Origin: Microbotryum violaceum | Taxonomy: Eukaryota | Direction of reading: 5' to 3' | Assembly: GCA_001244265.2 (NCBI GenBank) | Contig: CDLV01000005.1 | Span: 2,108,001-2,172,000, forward strand | Length of the DNA stretch: 64,000 bases | Shown here: positions 59,192 to 64,000 of the stretch, piece after piece | Layout of the letters: each line of letters opens with the position of its first letter | Position numbering within the stretch: position 1 is the stretch's first letter | Notes under the pieces: generated by a model | What the model saw: the letters and a program-made list of their open reading frames with translations, nothing else | Database searches by the model: none | Told to the model about the DNA's origin: nothing | Translations under genes and position numbers: made by a program

Positions 59192-62100
59192 ATGCCACTC
59201 TTCGGCATTCGGCCCAACGACGATGACTTCCTCGTCTCTCACCTGGGGGACAAGGGTGCGTACTCGAACCATGTATCGCGCTTTGGTCTGCCTCTTCCCT
59301 CGACGAGCTCGACTGGCTTGTTCAAAGATGACGCTCAAGCATTGGCGTTCCGATTACCTATTCTGGACAGTCAATCGGGAACAGCGACTTTGTTTGAGGA
59401 CGTGATTCTCAACAATGTCGTGCTCAAGCAGAAGCAAGAGCAGCAACGAGCGGCCAAGGTTCATGAGCGACACGCGCTCGAGGTTGAGAGACAGGAGGTC
59501 GATAATCTCCTGCTCGAGAAGGAGCAGAGTACGCCTGGGCCATCGACTCACCGCGATATATGGAGTCAAGCTGTGTCGAATGAGGTACACAAGGTACGCG
59601 TTTCCTAACCCGTGGAGAGGTATTTACCCTTGAGCTCATCTCACTGCGACTTCACCTACAGACCGCGCCTCAGTTGTCGACTTGGGACAATCTCGACCGA
59701 TCAGACAAGTCGTACGCGTCACCTTTTTTCAGTGAAGCGTCGGCGAGAGTGTGGGAAGCAGAGCTGTATGTTCAAGCCTGGGTTGGAGACCGTTCTTGGC
59801 ACCATCTGAGCGTCTCCTGTCCTCTTCACAGCTCGCTCAACTCGGAGCGAACATCCCGGGCCCCAGCTTATGCCCACGCTGTCATTCTCGACAACCTCAT
59901 GACCATAGTCCGTGGTCTCGACTCCGTCTTGTTCGCATGGGATACGGAAAAAGAACGCTACGTCTGGCGAGCCGAACTCAAGGGAAAGGCCAGATCCGGC
60001 CTCGAGAATCGGGGAAGGTTCGTCGGCATCTCGCTCGAGGCATCGCATAGGTCAGTCAGAGGATCCCACGCGACTGGTAGACTCGGAGTCGACGCTAATC
60101 GCAAAGGCGGTCCTTCGTTGACAGTTACATCCAGCGCTTCTTCTTCCTCGCTAGTTCGATGAGCCGATTGGACGAGGTCGCACGATCGCTCGTTGAGCCA
60201 TCTTCGAGCCCTTCGACCATAGCTCATGCCGTGTCGTCATCGCTCTCCGCTTTCATCGACTGGGCCCGCGAGGAAGTGGTCAGATTATGCCCCACGCAAC
60301 TCGAGGATCCTAGCGACCCAAGCTCCCGCGATGGTCTCGCCGTCGTATGGGCCAGATTGGCGGATCTCGCTCGAGTGGTCGAGTCCGTCTCGACCATCTT
60401 TGAACGCCAATATCGCATGGTTCCACCTTTGGCACCCATGCCACGGACGACGGCCTCTCTTCTCAGTCTTTTACACGATAACCTCAAACACCACTTGGCA
60501 TATTCGTTGACGTCTCCCTTGTTGGAGCAAACGACGTCGGCGTGGCTCTTGGACCATGCATTGTCGGCTTGGTGGACGGGGTGGGAAGCCTGGGTTGGGA
60601 TTGCTGAATCGTCACACCATGAGAGTGAACATACCTGGGCCGATTTAGGGATCGAAGTGGAGATTACGAGGAGGGACTTATCGATGCTTCAAGTTCGCAA
60701 CGCGGGTTCGGGAATGGAGGAGCTTTCCCGGACTAGATATAGGGCGAGTCAGAATCAAAGCCTGTTCGGCAGAGTCATCTACCTTTTCGTGGGGCTAATT
60801 TGTTTCGAGATGCTCCCACATAGCTTCACCTGTCAAGAATACCGACGTTCTTCCCTCGCAATGTTGCTATCGAGCTGTTCGAAGCTGGTCGGGCATTGCG
60901 TCTGCTGCGTCGAGCAAAGCCGGACCATCCACTCTCGAGACCACAGAGGATACAGAATGCGGGACGAGGAATCCGATGGGATGTTGGAGATGATGATAGG
61001 TACGTTTCGCAGTGAACTGAAGATGGCCGAGGGCTGGGCTGATGTGAAATTCTGCTTTCACAACACATTCAGCTTCTTCCAAGCCGTTCGGACACGGGTC
61101 GCTCAACTTCGAAATGACGTGAGGGCATGGCAAGTCGGCAAATACGCGCCTGACGTTCTGCCAGATAATGCTTTCTTGGTCAAACTCGACGTACATACCT
61201 CTGCATCATCACTCAAGTACCCTGCCGAGCTGGCGGACCTATTTGGGCGCTTCACGACTTTGCCGGTCACGAACGCTTTGACTGCTCCGCATTGGTCGAC
61301 GGACACAGGGATCAGCTCGTTCTTCGCCGATCGCATCGAGTCTCCCACCTTCTCGATCCTCCCCCCCTCAATACCTAACTTGGACATCCTTCTTTCGACA
61401 TCGCTCTATCGCCCCCTCTCCATCTTCGGCCACCTACCCTCGGCAGCGTTCCTCACGCTCTTTTTCACCGATCTAGCCCTAACCTCCCACCTCGACGTCC
61501 TCCACTCCTTCCTCCTCTTCGGTGACGCTCCTTTTGTCCAACGTTTCCGCGATGCCTTGTTCGCTCCTCCCGAGGAGAGGGAAGGTAGTTCGATCCAACG
61601 TCGTCGAGCGCGGGATGTGAACGTCTGGGGAGCTAAGGATCAAGGCGAGCTAGGTGCGGAAAGGGAAGGGTGGGGAATCGGGATCGGTATTCGAGGGATG
61701 ACCGACCAAACGAGTTGGCCCCCTGGTGGTGCGGAATTGGCCCTGGCCCTGCGAGCTGCGTTGGCTGAATCGATCCAAGGACGCATCGAATCCGTCGATC
61801 GAAAGATGGAAGACCCCCAAACGAACAAGGACAAAGCGCAACTGAACGATACTCAGGTCTGGCACTCGGTTGATTCGAGATTATCGTTCGCTTATCGTCA
61901 CGACGAAGTCGAGATGGATCCCAACAGTCTCACGGCGTTTAATTTCCTCTACCTCGATTACAAGGCACCTTCACCCCTCGATCTGGTCATCATCCCTTCC
62001 GTACAAGGCAAGTATCAACAGATCTTCACCCACTTGCTCAAATTGATGAGGATCGAAGCCGTGATGCGCAATTTGACGCTCGATATCACCAAACCGGTCG

Positions 62101-62879
62101 TTTTCGGTCTTTCACGAAACGGAAGATTGGACGACAAGACGAAAGAGGTGCCGGTACCTTCACTTCTGTTGGACGTGGACCCCTTCGATTTTCGAGCGCG
62201 TAAAGCCTTGATCGCTTTGTGTTTCGAACTTCGTACCCTCGTCAATAGTATTACGGGACACGCGTACCATTCCGCCATTGATGCCAACGTATCGAGGTTC
62301 AAGAAGTCGCTACAAAGGATTGAACGGGCGTTACATCAGCAGCTTCACCAGGGCAAAATGCGCCCGACGGACGAGGAAGAGGATGATGATCCCGACTCAG
62401 CAAGCGTATGGAATCTTGAAACCCTCGAACTCGTTCATCAGCAATTCCTCGACCGAATACTCCTTTCCCTCTTGCTTCAAAAACGTCAACGACCTCTCAT
62501 GCGCGTCGTGACGGAAGGGATCTTTCAAGTCGTCCTTGATTTGGGTCGAGCGGTGAAGAAGTGGAAGAAGTTTCAGGCGAGTGGAACTTGGCCCGCACGT
62601 GCAGAACAGACGATCCTTGAGGAGATCATGGGGATGCATCGTGTTCTAACGAGTCAAGCGAGTACGCTCGTCAAAGTTCTCCAAGCATTGGACGATAGAG
62701 GCTCGTCAGCGAAAGCGTCATCAACAACGGGTTCAAGCTCGTCCCTTAAGGATCAACGAGGGAAGAAGTTGTTGGAAGAGATGGAAGCGGGTTTCGAGGC
62801 GAAGAGTGCGGGATATTTGAGTGAATGGGTGTTCGCATTGGATGCGAATCGGTTTTATGCTGGATTGGGTGTAGTTTGA
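59192..62879 (+). CDS. Gamma-tubulin complex component (Spc97/Spc98 family, GCP6/Alp16-like)
   Basis: IPTFFPRNVAIELFEAGRALRLLRRAKPDHPL (exon 60824-60999), HLDVLHSFLLFGDAPFVQRFRDALF, SWPPGGAELALALR, AFNFLYLDYKAPSPLDLVIIP...KYQQIFTHLLKLMRI and HQQFLDRILLSLLL. Confidence 0.82.
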
Positions 62880-63094
62880 AGTGAAAAGATCGGCATCCTG
62901 GAGAAACTTTGGGGACATTTGTTCTCCGCCAATTTGCAATTCACGTTTCAGGACATAGGCACCTTGAGGGGCACGGGCAGATTAGGAAGCAACTATGTAC
63001 AAGGACATTATTAATTCACAAAGAGAGATGGACAGAGATTGTGTTCAGGAACTCATTCATACACACAACTTTACACTTATTTCGACCCAGTTGG

Positions 63095-64000
63095 TCAAAC
63101 CCTCGAAACGATCGAAGCCCAAGTCCTAACTTGAGGTGCTACCGTAGGACCCACCGCAGCCTCATCTTCCATCCCCAACAATTCCCAATCATCGTCCTCT
63201 TCCGATGCTGACGAACTGCCCGTGTCGGAACCCTGTCGAGGAGGGTGGAGGAACGAAGAGGGGCGTCCAGTATGATGATTGCCGAGCGAAAGTGCCGAGG
63301 TGGAAGGGGAGGAAGTGTCGTCGGGTAGTGTGATGACTCGCGCGTGGGGTGTGATCACTTCATAGTCGTGAGTTAGATCTAGTGAGGGAGGTGAGGCGCG
63401 TTCGGGTGTCAGTTCTCAGGTCGGGTTGATCTACTGTCGAACTTGAGGAGGCTCCCCGCCCCGCGCGCGCACACACAATCGCGGGCTGCTGATAACGGAA
63501 GCGATAAACATCGGAGGGACGAGGCGCGCGTCACCGCGTTACCCGCCGCCGATTACCCGCCACTGCACGCGATTGCCGACTGGGAGCTATCGGCCATGTG
63601 ATGATATTGCCGAGTAGTATGAAGAGAATGTGAACTGACCGAGTCGAGGTGGTTTATGAACGATGAGTTGATCCAAGCGAAGACTCGTCCTTCGTCTCGT
63701 CGCCGCGGCTTGATCCTCGTCACTGCTGGCGGCGTCGACTTCGATGTTCGTCCTGGCGGCGCCCCGACTTGGTGCCGACGCCGACATCATCGAGCTGCCA
63801 GTCGGAACGTGACCGTGCGCGAGCAAGAGTTCTTCCTGTAACGCCGCTTGGGTCCTCGCGTTCCCTCTGACGCTGTATTCATTCGATGACTTGGTCCCAT
63901 GATGATGATGAACACCGCCATGAACCGAGCGTCGACTAGTACTAGCAGCAGGCGGGCCGCCGGGTACGCCGTCCGAGCCCGAGGAGGACGGCGTGGGATG
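63095..64000 (-). CDS. Hypothetical disordered protein, 5'-truncated by the window edge (exons >64000-63640 and 63378-63095), with AIM/LIR-like motifs
   Basis: The frame is open from 64000 to donor CTCG|GTCAGT (63639). A phase-1 acceptor CACTAG at 63379 gives ...LRLDQLIVHKPPRLDLTHDYEVITPHARVITLPDD...SEEDDDWELL...RTWASIVSRV*. Confidence 0.65.

Noticed and set aside
60159-62879. The 906-aa ORF taken at face value as the GCP protein
   Set aside because: It reads through two introns and one exon in the wrong frame; the spliced model restores the family motif.
1-64000. Mating-type locus, transposons, tRNA/rRNA genes, CRISPR or secondary-metabolite cluster
   Set aside because: By eye I found no pheromone receptor, homeodomain, transposase/RT, terminal repeats, cloverleaf, spacer array or PKS/NRPS signature. 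Small ncRNAs cannot be excluded without a covariance-model search.

Overview
Intron-rich, GC-rich fungal genomic DNA. Short GT-AG introns with CTRAC/CTRAY branch sites, the gene set and the RPB1 sequence point to a basidiomycete, probably a Pucciniomycotina/Microbotryomycetes-type yeast (taxonomy is inference). The window is a gene-dense housekeeping region with about 20 spliced protein-coding genes, which I reconstructed by hand from splice signals and frame continuity. In order they are: Bni4-like PP1 regulator, CDKN3-like CX5R phosphatase, cullin-4, a low-complexity hypothetical protein, RSC8/SWI3, two tandem secreted GH26-like hydrolases, bleomycin hydrolase, SRP68, a Zn2Cys6 transcription factor, ISWI, an LEA_2-like membrane protein, a DUF3140 protein, CHS7, mitochondrial GluRS, RPB1, a WW-domain protein, NRK1, a gamma-tubulin complex component (GCP6-like) and a partial hypothetical gene at the right edge. 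I recognised no mobile element, RNA gene or CRISPR array. The most striking signal is in RPB1: its CTD is bipartite (Phe1 heptads, then Tyr1 heptads) and is cut by three phase-0 introns at the same heptad position, leaving symmetric 1-heptad and 3-heptad exons that could tune CTD length by splicing. Other leads are a candidate autophagy receptor with two Atg8-interacting motifs, differential intron content and a shared His-rich motif in the GH26 pair, microexon arrays, and a dual-frame exon with a probable GC donor in GCP6.
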